53,638 bases of DNA, from NCBI GenBank assembly GCA_964360785.1, contig CAYHXX010000001.1, positions 204,549 through 258,186 on the forward strand. The letters run 5' to 3'. The translations under genes were made by a program, and so were the position numbers. The notes below the pieces were generated by a model. That model worked only from the letters and a program-made list of their open reading frames with translations. It searched no databases and was not told the DNA's origin. Positions within the stretch are counted from its first letter, which is position 1; every line of letters begins with the position of its first letter. Positions 9,422 to 20,710 of the stretch are shown piece by piece. This stretch comes from an uncultured Gammaproteobacteria bacterium (GTDB taxonomy: Bacteria > Patescibacteriota > Microgenomatia > Woykebacterales > RBG-16-39-9b).

Positions 9422-12400
9422 TTACCGGGAACCTTTGTGAACTTTTGAGCGAATTGCCCCAAACCAAGTGTAAAATATAGGCACAACAGTCATAGAGAGA
9501 AAACCAGAAACTAGAATACCACCGATGATCACACCACTTAGACCTCGCCAAAAAGGTGAGAAAATTGCTAAGGGGAGTAGACCACCCAAGGCAACCATTT
9601 TTGTCAGTATTATCGGACGGAATCTCACACCGGTAGAAAGTACAATCGCGTCTTTCAAAGACATATTTTTCTCTGCGGTCAATTGATTGGCATAATCAAT
9701 CAGGAATATCGCCACGTTCTCGACAATACCCACAAGTATTGTAAAACCAAGTATCTCAAGAAAACCAAGCTGCCCTTTGACCAAATACAGTGCCGGCAAA
9801 ACTCCGATTATAGAGAGAGGAATAGTAAATAACATTATCGCTGGCTGGCTAAAGGAATTAAACTGCAAGACAAGTACGAGGTACGTCAGGAAAATCGCAG
9901 CAATCAGTGCAAAGGTGAGCTCCTGAATAGACTTAGCAATTTCGTCATACTCTCCTCGGTTGCCAGTGGAATCAATACCTAGTTCCTTAAGTTTGTTTTC
10001 AGTAAGGTACTCGTTGAGTTTTGTTTGGACCGCAACCAGGTCATTGCTGTCTTTGAGCTTTGCTCGAACATTTATATAGCGCTTGTTATCAAATCTTTCG
10101 ATCTTGTCCAGAGCCGCTATCTCTGAAACAATACCAATGTTTTTCAGCTGAACTGACAATCCAGTCCGAGTAGTTATACCAAGATTTTCTATTTCTGATT
10201 TTGTTTTTGGCAAGTCCTTACTATCTGGTGCCAAGAAAATTTCGAGTGTCCGGTCTGTCAGCTGTTCATTTAATTTGGATATTTTTTTCTCATCCAGCTG
10301 GTTTTTGATTTGTAATGCCACCTCAAAAACACTTAAACCAACTTTAGAAAGTTTTTCCTTATCAAAAATTATTCGGATTTCTGGTTCTGATTTACCAGTA
10401 AAGCCATCATCAACCTTCGCAACTTGATCCAATTCTGAAAGATATTTCCCAACCTCTTTGCCAGCTTTTTCCAAAGTCTTCAGATCGTTGTCAAAAAGTT
10501 GTACTTGTACCTGATAATCAGCTTCCGGTGGTCCAACAGACAATTCGCTTAAATTTACCTCGACGTCTTTAACTTGCGAAAAAGAATCCTTTAACCTTTC
10601 TATCAAACGTTTACTACTATCTCCTTCCGAACGATTTTTTTGTAGCTCCAAAGTTACGAGAATAATCGAACTATCTTTGCTTTGAACTTGGTAGAAATAA
10701 TTTGCAATCGCACCTTCTCCATTTAGGGTTTCCTCGAGTTCCTTTCCGATGTTATTTCTTGCTTCAAATGTAGCTCCCTTTGGGTAAGCTGCCGTTACCA
10801 TCAGAAAAGGACTATCTTCTGGAGAGGAGAATTGAACTACTGGTATCTTCCCAGAAGACACAAGAGTCGTACTAAAAATTATCAACCCTCCTATCACAAT
10901 CAAAAGTACTACTTTGCGCAAATTACTAGAAAGGATCCAAGCATTGAAGCGCATCATTAATCGTGCCGCGGGCCAAATCTCTTGATCCTCCTCTTTCTTC
11001 ACGACATCTTTTTTCTTCTTGAGAATTTTGGCTCCCAAAAGCGGTACTATTGCGATTGGTACCAAATAAGAAGCCACCAAGGCAGGAACCACCGTGAGGG
11101 GAATATATTTGATAATCTCTCCAAAAATTCCTGAAATTATTCCAAATGGGATAAATACGATAATGCTTGTAAGAACTGCAATAAACAAACCCGCCCCATA
11201 GCGTCTGCCTGTAGCAAAGATTGCTTCTTTAGAACTGCTTCCGAGATCAAGATAGCGCTGTATCGACTCCACCATCACAATTGCGGGATCGACAATAAGC
11301 CCAAGCACCAAAATCAGTGAAAAAAGAACAATTGTGTTGAGATTTGTCCCAGTCAGATAGAGACAGAGAAGTGTGAATAGAAAACTTATGGGAATCGCAC
11401 TGGCTGCCACCAAAGCCGCCCGCCAATTAACAAACACAAGCATAAAGAGAAGTACAAGTTGTATACCGCCAAGCAAATAAAAAGTACTCTTGTCTCCAAA
11501 CGCTCCGTGGACTATTTCAGTGATCTGATCGCGAGTAGACTGGGCTTGATCGTATAGAAATTCTATTCTGACGTCACTTGCAACTATTTTTTCGTCTCGC
11601 AACTCTGCAACTTTCTTGTCAATGCTGTCTTTAACCTTGATGACGTCAGAATCTTTGGATTTCAGAATCCCGAGAAGCACTCCCTGTTCCGTCTTGAGAA
11701 CTCCTGATTCCTTTATTCCGACACGATGGACCACTTCTTGACCCGATAAGACCTTGGAAACCTGAGCGATATCAGATATTTTAATCCCCTTACCTTGTGG
11801 GCTAACACCAACTACTTGTTCTCTAAGATCCTCTTCTGAATTATAAGCACCACCGACTACAATACCCTGGCTTTTGTGATCGACATCCAAAGTTCCAATC
11901 GGAAAATCAATATTTGATCCTTTGACCACAAGCTCTACTTGCTCGATAGTCAACTTGTTTGCCGCTAGTTTTTCGCTGTCATAAGAGATGACCAGATGCT
12001 CTTTTAGTTCTTCCATCTCTTTTACAGAACCGACTCCAGAAACATCAGTTAACTCATTTGCAACTGTATCGGCAATTATGTTGAGCTCGGTAAGTGACTT
12101 ATCCCCCAATATTCCAACGGTGAAGTCGTCCCCTGAAGTAGAGAAGGTTTGTACCTTGGATGACTCGGCGTCTTCTGGGAGATCGTTTTCGACAGAGGCA
12201 ACTTTACTGCGTATATTTTGAACCGCTACATCCAGATTTACATCTTGGTCCAAGGTAACAACTACTTGGGAAAAACTTGCAGCAGAAGTCGAGCTGACTT
12301 CTTTCACATTCTCCACATCAGCTACTGCATTTTCAATAATTTTGGAAACTTGAGATTCGACTTCAGTTGCCGAAGCACCAGGATAAACTGTGGCAATACC

Positions 12401-12562
12401 AACTACTTTTGCCGGAACTTGAGGAAACCCCTCACGTTGGAGTGTCACCAAGGCAAAGCCCCCACCAATCAAAGTACCAACTAAGAAAAGGATAGCCAAA
12501 CGGGGCTTGGCAAAAAAGAAATTAACCAGTTTTGAGTTCCAATCAGCTCTGCCAAAATCCAT
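9422..12562 (-). CDS. RND efflux transporter permease (AcrB/AcrD/AcrF family)
   Basis: 1046 aa; REGFP, YPGASATEVE, LGLIVDPAIV, RFRPI motifs; two-fold TM repeat. Confidence 0.93.
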   Translation of the reverse strand: MDFGRADWNSKLVNFFFAKPRLAILFLVGTLIGGGFALVTLQREGFPQVPAKVVGIATVYPGASATEVESQVSKIIENAVADVENVKEVSSTSAASFSQVVVTLDQDVNLDVAVQNIRSKVASVENDLPEDAESSKVQTFSTSGDDFTVGILGDKSLTELNIIADTVANELTDVSGVGSVKEMEELKEHLVISYDSEKLAANKLTIEQVELVVKGSNIDFPIGTLDVDHKSQGIVVGGAYNSEEDLREQVVGVSPQGKGIKISDIAQVSKVLSGQEVVHRVGIKESGVLKTEQGVLLGILKSKDSDVIKVKDSIDKKVAELRDEKIVASDVRIEFLYDQAQSTRDQITEIVHGAFGDKSTFYLLGGIQLVLLFMLVFVNWRAALVAASAIPISFLFTLLCLYLTGTNLNTIVLFSLILVLGLIVDPAIVMVESIQRYLDLGSSSKEAIFATGRRYGAGLFIAVLTSIIVFIPFGIISGIFGEIIKYIPLTVVPALVASYLVPIAIVPLLGAKILKKKKDVVKKEEDQEIWPAARLMMRFNAWILSSNLRKVVLLIVIGGLIIFSTTLVSSGKIPVVQFSSPEDSPFLMVTAAYPKGATFEARNNIGKELEETLNGEGAIANYFYQVQSKDSSIILVTLELQKNRSEGDSSKRLIERLKDSFSQVKDVEVNLSELSVGPPEADYQVQVQLFDNDLKTLEKAGKEVGKYLSELDQVAKVDDGFTGKSEPEIRIIFDKEKLSKVGLSVFEVALQIKNQLDEKKISKLNEQLTDRTLEIFLAPDSKDLPKTKSEIENLGITTRTGLSVQLKNIGIVSEIAALDKIERFDNKRYINVRAKLKDSNDLVAVQTKLNEYLTENKLKELGIDSTGNRGEYDEIAKSIQELTFALIAAIFLTYLVLVLQFNSFSQPAIMLFTIPLSIIGVLPALYLVKGQLGFLEILGFTILVGIVENVAIFLIDYANQLTAEKNMSLKDAIVLSTGVRFRPIILTKMVALGGLLPLAIFSPFWRGLSGVIIGGILVSGFLSMTVVPIFYTWFGAIRSKVHKGSR

Positions 12563-12610
12563 AATTTATTCTCCCGCATTATAACCGAACAATATAAAAA
12601 GGAGCAATAC

Positions 12611-12639
12611 TTGACTCTGAACCTAAAAAACTGTATAGT
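12611..12639 (+). promoter_or_regulatory. Sigma70 promoter of the RRM protein gene
   Basis: TTGACT-17-TATAGT. Confidence 0.65.
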
Positions 12640-12774
12640 AAGGGCTGCAAGTGTAGGTTGGCCGGTAAACTAGTTTCTGAAAGCGTGTGAATTTTCTCTC
12701 CCCTTGACGATCAGTTTCCCAAAAGACATTTTACTTGTATTTAATAGATGTATCCGCTTAGGAGGCGGAAACAC

Positions 12775-13053
12775 ATGTCTAAAAAACTTTTTGTAGGGAA
12801 CCTTCCTTACGGAGTTACTGACCAAAGTTTGGGTGAAGCTTTTGCTTCTTACAACCCAGCTTCGGCCACTGTTATTAACGATAAATTCACCGGCAGAAGC
12901 CGTGGATTTGGGTTTGTTGAAATCGAAGACGATTCAGCAGCCGACAAAGCTGTTCAAGAAATGAACGGCAAAGAGCTCGAAGGTCGAGCTATCGTTGTCA
13001 ACGAGGCGCGTCCTCGTGAAGATCGCCCAAGTGGTGATCGTGACCGCAGATAA
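12775..13053 (+). CDS. RRM (RNP-1) RNA-binding protein
   Basis: KLFVGNL (RNP2) and RGFGFVE (RNP1); AGGAGG upstream of ATG 12775. Confidence 0.95.
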   Translation: MSKKLFVGNLPYGVTDQSLGEAFASYNPASATVINDKFTGRSRGFGFVEIEDDSAADKAVQEMNGKELEGRAIVVNEARPREDRPSGDRDRR

Positions 13054-13187
13054 GTAAAGTATCTGTAAATACCGCCGTTGGCGGTCCTGCCCATCTGCCC
13101 AAAGATCGGAAATATCTTTGAATACACCTTTGAAGGAAGGTCTCAAAGAAATAGAATAATCTCCTTTTTTTGTGTATCATATTTCAA

Positions 13188-13715
13188 ATGAAATACCGCA
13201 ATATTGTTGTCGCTGGTGATGTTGGTACAGGCACAACTACTTTGGCCAAAGCTTTGGCCAAAAAATTTGGTTGGAAGTACACCTCAGCTGGTGATTTCTT
13301 TCGCTCTTATGCAACTACCCACAACATAGAACTTTGGGACAAAGCTTCCGTTCCTGATGAAATCGAACGTAGGTTAGATTCAGAATTGACAGAAAAATTG
13401 AAAAACGAAAATGGTTGGGTTGTAGATTCACACTATGCCGGTTGGTTTGTTCGCGATCAAAAAGATATCTTTAAGATCCTGTTAATTTGTGATCGCTCAA
13501 TCGCAAATATAAGAATGCAAGAGCGAGAGCATACCCACAAAGAAACGGAAGAGGAAGTTGAAAAACGCCGTTCTGGCCTCTACGCAAAGTTTAAAAAACT
13601 CTACAGTGAAGAAAATTACGAAGACCCAAAACTATTTGATTTGATAATTGACACCACAAATAACACTCCTGAAGAAACTTTTCAAAAAGCACTAACTTCT
13701 CTAAATTCCAGCTAG
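13188..13715 (+). CDS. cmk: Cytidylate kinase, short archaeal/CPR type
   Basis: GDVGTGTTT degenerate P-loop, SAGDFFR, FDLIIDT. Confidence 0.75.
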   Translation: MKYRNIVVAGDVGTGTTTLAKALAKKFGWKYTSAGDFFRSYATTHNIELWDKASVPDEIERRLDSELTEKLKNENGWVVDSHYAGWFVRDQKDIFKILLICDRSIANIRMQEREHTHKETEEEVEKRRSGLYAKFKKLYSEENYEDPKLFDLIIDTTNNTPEETFQKALTSLNSS

Positions 13716-15731
13716 TTATTTGAGAAACGGTACTAACAACAAGGCGACAATATTAATCACTTTAATCATAGGATTTATTGCCGGACCAGCTGTGTCCTTG
13801 TACGGATCGCCAACGGTATCTCCAGTAATTGCTGCTTTGTGAGCTTCGGACCCTTTGCCACCATACTCACCTTCTTCAATATATTTCTTGGCGTTGTCCC
13901 AAGCAGCCCCACCAGTGGTCATTGAGATTGCGACGAACAAACCAGTAACTAAACTTCCTAACAACAAACCTCCTAAAGCTGCCGGACCAAGAATTAGCCC
14001 AACGGCGATTGGTGCAAGTACTGGGATCAAGGCGGGTAAAATCATTTCTTTTTGCGCTGCCGCAGTCACAATCGCAACGGCTTTAGCATAGTCAGGCTTG
14101 GCTTTTCCTTCCATAATACCTTTGATAGTTTTGAACTGTCGGCGTACTTCGGTAACCACAGCAGCAGCTGCTTTCCCAACTGCTTCCATAGCTAATGCAG
14201 CAAAGAAGTAAGGAAGAGCGGCACCAATCAATAACCCAACCACAACATTTGGATCAGAAATTACAAAGACTACATTCTTACCAGCCGCAGCTAAGTCTTC
14301 TGAAAAAGAGGCGAAAAGAACTAGAGCTGCCAGTCCAGCAGAGGCGATTGCATAACCTTTGGTAACCGCTTTGGTGGTATTCCCAACAGCATCAAGCTGA
14401 TCAGTGATCTTGCGAATTTTTTCTGGAAGCCCTGCCATCTCGGCAATTCCTCCGGCGTTGTCAGTGATTGGACCAAAAGCGTCAATTGCAACCACAATAC
14501 CAGTCATAGAAAGCATCGACATGGCCGCGATTGCAATTCCATACAAACCCGCTTGGTCATGGGCTACGAGTGTAGCTACGACTATCAACAGTATTGGCAA
14601 GAGGGTTGATTTCATCGACACCGCTAATCCAGCGATTACATTGGTACCGTGCCCTGTGGTGGAAGCCTGGGCAATACTTTTGACTGAAGGAAAATTCTTA
14701 GACGTGTAATACTCAGTAATAACCACCATCCCCAAAGTCACAAAAAGTCCAATCAAACTACAGACAAACAAACTCTGGGAACTAGCAATATTCAAAGAAG
14801 ACAGCACTTCTGGTGTAAAAATCATATTGGTCACCCAGTAGAAACCTGCAGCCGCCAGAATTCCTGAAACTATCAGACCTTGGTACAAAGCTCTCATTAT
14901 CCCATTTCCAGATAATCTAACAAAGAATGTTCCCAAAATTGAGGCGATTATGGAAATGCCTCCTAACACCAACGGATAAATAAGTATTTCATCACTACCT
15001 TTAAAAAGTAGTGATCCAAGTAGCATGGCAGCAATACTAGTGACCGCGTAAGTTTCGAAAAGATCAGCTGCCATTCCAGCGTCATCCCCGACATTATCCC
15101 CCACGTTGTCAGCTATTACGGCTGGGTTACGGGGATCATCTTCAGGAATACCGGCCTCAACTTTTCCCACCAAATCTGCTCCAACATCAGCTCCCTTTGT
15201 AAAGATTCCCCCACCCAAGCGAGCAAATACAGATATCAGTGAGGATCCAAAAGCGAGTCCAATCAAAGCCTTGACATCGCTAGTGAAGTAGTAAAAACCT
15301 GCTACTGACAAAAGTGCCAGACCGACTACCATTAGACCAGTCACGGCACCACCTTTGAAGGCTGTATCCAAAGCTGCTCCGAGACCATTTTTGGCTGCTT
15401 CGGCGGTACGAACGTTAGCCCGAACTGCGACACTCATGCCGATATAACCGGCAGCGGCCGAAGAAATAGCTCCAACCAGAAAACCTACGGCTGTTGTGAC
15501 ATTGAAAAATACTAACAAGCCAACGAAGATAATTGCACCCACTACTGCTACAACGGAATACTGTCGATTGAGGTATGCGGAAGCTCCTTCTTGAATAGCA
15601 GTGGCAATCTCAACCATTTTTGGAGTTCCTGTTTTTTGCCTGAGTATCCAAGCAATCAGGACTACACCATAAATTATTGCCAAGACCGCTGACCCGAGTA
15701 CCCAAAAAAGAATTTGATTAATTTCTAGCAT
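13716..15731 (-). CDS. hppA: Membrane-integral pyrophosphatase, K+-independent H+-pumping type
   Basis: [27 protein letters not shown] motifs; GNTTKA (Lys at the K+-dependence determinant). Confidence 0.96.
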   Translation of the reverse strand: MLEINQILFWVLGSAVLAIIYGVVLIAWILRQKTGTPKMVEIATAIQEGASAYLNRQYSVVAVVGAIIFVGLLVFFNVTTAVGFLVGAISSAAAGYIGMSVAVRANVRTAEAAKNGLGAALDTAFKGGAVTGLMVVGLALLSVAGFYYFTSDVKALIGLAFGSSLISVFARLGGGIFTKGADVGADLVGKVEAGIPEDDPRNPAVIADNVGDNVGDDAGMAADLFETYAVTSIAAMLLGSLLFKGSDEILIYPLVLGGISIIASILGTFFVRLSGNGIMRALYQGLIVSGILAAAGFYWVTNMIFTPEVLSSLNIASSQSLFVCSLIGLFVTLGMVVITEYYTSKNFPSVKSIAQASTTGHGTNVIAGLAVSMKSTLLPILLIVVATLVAHDQAGLYGIAIAAMSMLSMTGIVVAIDAFGPITDNAGGIAEMAGLPEKIRKITDQLDAVGNTTKAVTKGYAIASAGLAALVLFASFSEDLAAAGKNVVFVISDPNVVVGLLIGAALPYFFAALAMEAVGKAAAAVVTEVRRQFKTIKGIMEGKAKPDYAKAVAIVTAAAQKEMILPALIPVLAPIAVGLILGPAALGGLLLGSLVTGLFVAISMTTGGAAWDNAKKYIEEGEYGGKGSEAHKAAITGDTVGDPYKDTAGPAINPMIKVINIVALLLVPFLK

Positions 15732-15835
15732 AAGTTCTTTCAGGCAGGAAAATATTGATTCTGAGTGTACAACAAAAACGTTGTGTTGACAATAGTTTTT
15801 GTTATCAGGGATAATACTATCAACGCGAAAGCGTT

Positions 15836-15925
15836 TGTATCAAGAGTGTCCGATTAACATCGAGACCGGCAACCCGCAACAGAGAGGGTGCCAAAACGAT
15901 ACGCCCGAAAGGGAACTGCTAAAAG
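15836..15925 (+). ncRNA. SAM riboswitch (SAM-I/IV-like variant)
   Basis: GTATCAAGAG...CCGGCAACC...GGTGCCAA...GATAC core, no P4, CCC-GAAA-GGG hairpin after P1; directly upstream of metK. Confidence 0.85.
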
Positions 15926-15927
15926 TT

Positions 15928-15958
15928 AGCACTTCTTTCGGGAAGTGTTTTACGTTTT
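15928..15958 (+). terminator. Riboswitch expression-platform terminator
   Basis: AGCACTTC-TTTCGG-GAAGTGTT followed by TTACGTTTT. Confidence 0.7.
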
Positions 15959-15995
15959 GCAAAGCAGGTTTTTATAATTAAATTTAAGGGGGAAA

Positions 15996-17099
15996 ATGTA
16001 CAATAAATTTACTTCCGAATCAGTGGCAGCCGGACACCCAGACAAAATTTGCGACCGTATTTCTGATGCGATACTCGATGAAGCTCTTTCTCAAGACCCA
16101 AATACCCATGCGGGGATAGAATCTTTTGTCACCTCAAATTTTGCTCTCGTTGGTGGCGAGATAAAAACTAACGCCAAAATTCCTTATACGAAAATTGTTC
16201 GTAATACTATTCAAAAACTTGGCTACACTGAACCAAATTACGAATTTACGGATAAATCGCAGGTCAAAATCTTAGTGCACCAGCAAAGCAATGACATTGC
16301 CCTGGGAGTTGATAGTGGCGGTGCTGGCGACCAAGGTATGATGTTTGGCTTTGCAACCAACCAAACTAAGGAACTGATGCCACTCCCGATAAGCATCGCC
16401 CACCGCCTTACCCAAAGGTTAGACGAGGTTAGAGAAAAGAAAATTATTCCCTATCTCCGACCGGATGGAAAAAGCGAAGTGACGGTAACTTATGAAAAAG
16501 GCAAACCCAAGCTTATCGAAAAAGTGGTGTTAGCTGCTGCCCATAAGGAAACTGCTACAAATAAAGAACTTAAAGAAGACCTCTTTAAATATGTTGTCTC
16601 CCCGGTTTTGGAGGAGTTTGGTTATAAAATTTCCAAGAAAGATTTGATTGTTAATGGTACCGGTGTTTGGCATATACCTGGACCAACTTCTGACGCTGGT
16701 TTAACCGGAAGGAAGATTGTCGTTGATGCTTACGGTGGTTACGGACGGGCTGGTGGTGGTGCTTTTTCCGGAAAGGATCCAACGAAAGTTGATCGTAGCG
16801 CCGCGTATGCCGCTCGGTTCATTGCCAAGAATATTGTCGCTGCAAAACTAGCTGACACCTGTGAGGTGCAAATTGCTTACGTGATTGGTCAGAAAGAACC
16901 TTTGACTCGCGCGCTTGAGACCTTTGGTACTGAAAAAAAGAAACTACCCGTCATTGAAGATTTTGCTTGGAATTTAATCAACCTTTCTGTCCCTGGGATA
17001 ATCAAAGCTCTAGACCTACGCCGACCGATTTATCAGGAAACTTCTGCTTACGGTCATTTTGGGCGGAGCAACTTTCCATGGGAGCAACTTGTGATTTAG
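15996..17099 (+). CDS. metK: S-adenosylmethionine synthetase
   Basis: FTSESV..GHPDK, GAGDQG, GGGAFSGKD, YGHFG. Confidence 0.98.
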   Translation: MYNKFTSESVAAGHPDKICDRISDAILDEALSQDPNTHAGIESFVTSNFALVGGEIKTNAKIPYTKIVRNTIQKLGYTEPNYEFTDKSQVKILVHQQSNDIALGVDSGGAGDQGMMFGFATNQTKELMPLPISIAHRLTQRLDEVREKKIIPYLRPDGKSEVTVTYEKGKPKLIEKVVLAAAHKETATNKELKEDLFKYVVSPVLEEFGYKISKKDLIVNGTGVWHIPGPTSDAGLTGRKIVVDAYGGYGRAGGGAFSGKDPTKVDRSAAYAARFIAKNIVAAKLADTCEVQIAYVIGQKEPLTRALETFGTEKKKLPVIEDFAWNLINLSVPGIIKALDLRRPIYQETSAYGHFGRSNFPWEQLVI

Positions 17100-17244
17100 A
17101 TAGGAGTTGACAAGAATACTGCAGGTCTTCTAGACTGATAGTATAAAGACTATTGTTACCAGACTGTTTGATGAATAGTACAGTAATTCAAGGAATTCTT
17201 TATATCTACTGCCAAGACTTTATCTTTATTTCTAGGCGGTCTAG

Positions 17245-17910
17245 ATGACACTACAGGACTTGGTTGGTACAATCAATGACACCTTACTTAGTTTTGGACA
17301 AACCTTTTCACCTTTTTTTGTTCCCCTTTTTGCAGCAATTCTCACAATTCTGATCGGAATTTCAATTGCTACACTTATTACTCGTGTAATTCAACATCTC
17401 AGCGACTTACTTTCAATAGAAAAATCACTGCAAAAGCTTGTTGACTACAAAAAACTTGGAAAACTCAACCAAAACTTTACTCTCACAATTCTCATATCTC
17501 AAATTACTTGGACCATTACTTTACTGATCTTTGTTTTTGCCGCTTTACAGCTTTCGGGTTTTCGCGAAACCAATAAAGTTCTTAAGATAGTTGCAGACTT
17601 TTTACCTCGTGTTGTTGAAGGTAGTTTGCTTTTACTTTTGGGAATAGTTTTGGCTTATTTTGCTTTTGTCCTAACGTCTATAGTGGGTACTTTGGGAAAG
17701 TTTCCCTACATTACCATTTTTTCAAAAAGCCTGGCCGCTGTTATACTCATATTTAGCGGTTACCAAGCTATACTTGCTTTTGGCCTGACCAATGAGCTAA
17801 TTCGATTTCTGACGATTGGGTTCATTGCTGCGTTTTCCTTGGCATTAGCTCTAGGTGCTAAGGACATAGTTTCGCAAACAATAAAAAATATTTGGAATCA
17901 GAAACTTTAA
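17245..17910 (+). CDS. CmpX/MscS-TM-helix repeat membrane protein (divergent paralogue)
   Basis: Five TM segments; FLPRVV..., LALALGAKD C-terminal motif similar to the next gene. Confidence 0.7.
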   Translation: MTLQDLVGTINDTLLSFGQTFSPFFVPLFAAILTILIGISIATLITRVIQHLSDLLSIEKSLQKLVDYKKLGKLNQNFTLTILISQITWTITLLIFVFAALQLSGFRETNKVLKIVADFLPRVVEGSLLLLLGIVLAYFAFVLTSIVGTLGKFPYITIFSKSLAAVILIFSGYQAILAFGLTNELIRFLTIGFIAAFSLALALGAKDIVSQTIKNIWNQKL

Positions 17911-17929
17911 TTGAAGGGAGGTGGAAAAA

Positions 17930-18610
17930 ATGCAAGAAATAATTGATGCTATTACAGGGGCAGTCTCAGACTTGATTAACTCCACAGCCGACTTCTTGCC
18001 AAGCTTAATTGCCGCGATAATTATCTTCCTGATTGGAGTCTTGATCGCCACAATCTTGCGGAATATTCTCGTAAGATTGCTTAATGCAATTGGTTTTGAA
18101 AAGTTACTATCGAACACTGGAATCCCAGAAGCCCTAAAGAAAGCTGATCCCAGCATTACCGTAACAAAAATACTCGGAGAGCTGGTACGTTGGGTCGCCG
18201 TCTTGGTTTTCCTGGTACCAGCGATCGACCGACTCGGTCTTCGACAGCTAGATTCAATATTGCAGGGTTTGGTCAATTATGTACCCAACGTTATTGCCGC
18301 AGTAATCATAATTACCGTTGGTTCGATATTGGCCAAACTGGCTAAAGATTTTGTCACTGCTAGTACTTCGCCACTCGGACCCCAAACTGCCAAAGTAATC
18401 GGGCAAACAGCTCGTTGGGCGATAATTGTCTTTGCGACCTTAGCAGCACTATCACAGCTTGGTGTTGCAAAGAACCTGATCGAGATTCTGTTTACTGGGT
18501 TTGTTGCTATGCTGGCGCTTGCTGGTGGTTTGGCTTTCGGACTGGGTGGACAAAATGCAGCTGAGGATTTTCTCAAAAAGTTGAGAGAAGATCTGCAATC
18601 GAAAAAATAG
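17930..18610 (+). CDS. CmpX/MscS-TM-helix repeat membrane protein
   Basis: FLPSLIAA / YVPNVIAA repeats, GLAFGLGG; GGAGGT RBS. Confidence 0.85.
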   Translation: MQEIIDAITGAVSDLINSTADFLPSLIAAIIIFLIGVLIATILRNILVRLLNAIGFEKLLSNTGIPEALKKADPSITVTKILGELVRWVAVLVFLVPAIDRLGLRQLDSILQGLVNYVPNVIAAVIIITVGSILAKLAKDFVTASTSPLGPQTAKVIGQTARWAIIVFATLAALSQLGVAKNLIEILFTGFVAMLALAGGLAFGLGGQNAAEDFLKKLREDLQSKK

Positions 18611-18709
18611 TTTAAGAGAAATAATGAGCAAGAGCCGTTGTAAACGAGTACGGTTTGCGGTAATATTTCAGAAAGATTATACGAAGACGTATGATCGGTT
18701 AAAATTAAC

Positions 18710-20710
18710 ATGCCCAAACCCATTATTTTTCTAAACAGTCTGGATTCTGAAGATAAACCTGAGATCGGGGAAAATTTCGCGAATTTTGCCTTTCTAACTC
18801 AGATTGGAGCTTCTCAAAGCCCTGGATTTGTTTTAGGCAGAACTGGCCTTATTAGGTCATTTGAGAGAATTGTCCCTTGGGTCATTTCAGCTTCCTTGGG
18901 ACAAACTAAATCTCCAAACAAGGGAGAGTTTTTTGATGAGCTAAGAAAACTTATTCTCAAGGAATTCGAGTTTGAGGATGCCTTGGCAAAGCAGGTACAA
19001 GATTCTTCTAAGAAACTAAAGTTCCCATTGCTAGTTAGCACCCAGGTTACAAAAGGTGCGAAAGCCGAGCTAAATACTTTTGAGGCAACTATATTTTCCC
19101 AAAAGGAACTTCTACCAACGGTCAGGATCGCGTTTCTAAGTTTCCTAAACCAAACAGTGCTCTCTGAAGTAACCTACGAAAGTTTAAAAAACCTTTCCAT
19201 CGCCATCGCAATCTCAGAAAGACCGCTAGCAGAATTATCTGGCAAGGTTACTAAAACCACCGGAGCCTCCGGCAAGATAAGGATTTATTCTCAATGGGGA
19301 GAATTCAACCCCAACTGGACGAGTGATTTAACGATTCTCAATTCTACAAATTTAGAAGAAGAAAGCTATAACATCGCCTTACAAGAAAAACAAATTATTT
19401 TAAAGAAAGATAAATACGTTACGATACCAGTCGCCAAGAATTTTCAATTTTCTCGAAAACTGGAAGCAGACCAAGTCATACAAATTGCCAACATTGCAAA
19501 AAAACTAAGTTCAAAAATGCTTTCAGGTTGCGAGTTTCGTTTTGTTTTTTCCAGAGATAAACTGCTTATTACCGACCTAAGCGTAAACCAAGATTCAGCA
19601 AAAGAGTTGAGTAATTTTTCTTTGATGGACTATCTCAGTATTCATAAACACATCACTCCTTTAATATCAGGTATTAGAACCGGTCCGATAAGGAAAATCG
19701 TCACAAAAAATGATTTAAGAAAACTAAAAGTAGGGGAAATTGCCGCTTTAAAATACTTTGATAAAAAACTACTACCGAGTCTAAGAAAAGCTTCGGGAAT
19801 AATAATCGAAAATTCCAAAGATCTGACAAAGGAACAGCTGGTACTTCTCCGTAAACTGGGGAAAACAGCACTTACAGGCCAGATTGATGACCTGAGAAAC
19901 AAAGTCGTAACTATAGATGGGCGTACAGGGAAAATTTATTTTGGCGCCTTCCCCCCACCCTATACAAAAACTTTTGCTCCTACTCAAAATCAAACTGCTG
20001 AAATTACTACAAAACACGCCACTACACTATTTGTTGAGTTGACCCACCAAACTGACCTAACGAAACTCGATGAGAATGAAATTTCTGGATATTTAATTAA
20101 TTATAGTAATACAGCTGAGAAACTAATTCTTGAAATTGGTCACCAGCATAAAACCGTAATCCTCTCATCAGAACTAGATAAGTTTGAAGTCGCCGCAGCG
20201 TTAGTAAAAAATTTACGCAACAATCAAGGTCTGACAAATCTTTATCTCAACATTCCAGCAGTAAATACTGTAAAGGAGCTGCTGAGTTTAAAGCAACTTC
20301 TTGGCCAACACAACTTACATCGAGGTGGATCATTCAAACTTTTTTGCACAATCGCTTCACCTGCTGCTGCTCTGACTCTCTCGGAAATTCTAGAGCTAGG
20401 TTTTGACGGGGTTGTGATTGATTTCTTTACTCTGGTCAACAAAACCTACGGAAAAGAATTTACTTTCAACGAAATCAGTAAACTTGAGGATAAGAGTGTA
20501 CCAACTTTGTTGACACAAATACTCAACCAGGCCTTGTCACACAACACCTACACACTGCTTTCAAAGCTACCCACTGACAACCAAACTTCTCTCCTTCGAG
20601 ACCTTCTCGGAAAAGGGCTCAAAGCTATCGCAACATCACCAGAAAGCATCAAAGAAACCAGTACCATTCTTTCAAAACTAGAAAAAGAACTGCTCGAACA
20701 CTCAAGATGA
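18710..20710 (+). CDS. Degenerate PEP synthase/PPDK-like protein (probable pseudoenzyme)
   Basis: PpsA domain order recognisable (N-terminal ATP-grasp-like region, WG motif, VVTIDGRTGKIYFG swivel end, GFDG TIM-barrel motif) but catalytic motifs eroded. Confidence 0.75.
   Translation: MPKPIIFLNSLDSEDKPEIGENFANFAFLTQIGASQSPGFVLGRTGLIRSFERIVPWVISASLGQTKSPNKGEFFDELRKLILKEFEFEDALAKQVQDSSKKLKFPLLVSTQVTKGAKAELNTFEATIFSQKELLPTVRIAFLSFLNQTVLSEVTYESLKNLSIAIAISERPLAELSGKVTKTTGASGKIRIYSQWGEFNPNWTSDLTILNSTNLEEESYNIALQEKQIILKKDKYVTIPVAKNFQFSRKLEADQVIQIANIAKKLSSKMLSGCEFRFVFSRDKLLITDLSVNQDSAKELSNFSLMDYLSIHKHITPLISGIRTGPIRKIVTKNDLRKLKVGEIAALKYFDKKLLPSLRKASGIIIENSKDLTKEQLVLLRKLGKTALTGQIDDLRNKVVTIDGRTGKIYFGAFPPPYTKTFAPTQNQTAEITTKHATTLFVELTHQTDLTKLDENEISGYLINYSNTAEKLILEIGHQHKTVILSSELDKFEVAAALVKNLRNNQGLTNLYLNIPAVNTVKELLSLKQLLGQHNLHRGGSFKLFCTIASPAAALTLSEILELGFDGVVIDFFTLVNKTYGKEFTFNEISKLEDKSVPTLLTQILNQALSHNTYTLLSKLPTDNQTSLLRDLLGKGLKAIATSPESIKETSTILSKLEKELLEHSR

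Noticed and set aside
9422-12562. RND pump lacking adaptor and outer-membrane partners as a novelty
   Set aside because: Stand-alone RND proteins are common in organisms without an outer membrane
13060-13150. Three small hairpins after the RRM gene as an ncRNA
   Set aside because: Short stems and no separate promoter; consistent with a 3' UTR
15799-15981. 60-aa ORF upstream of metK
   Set aside because: Coincides with the promoter and the SAM riboswitch
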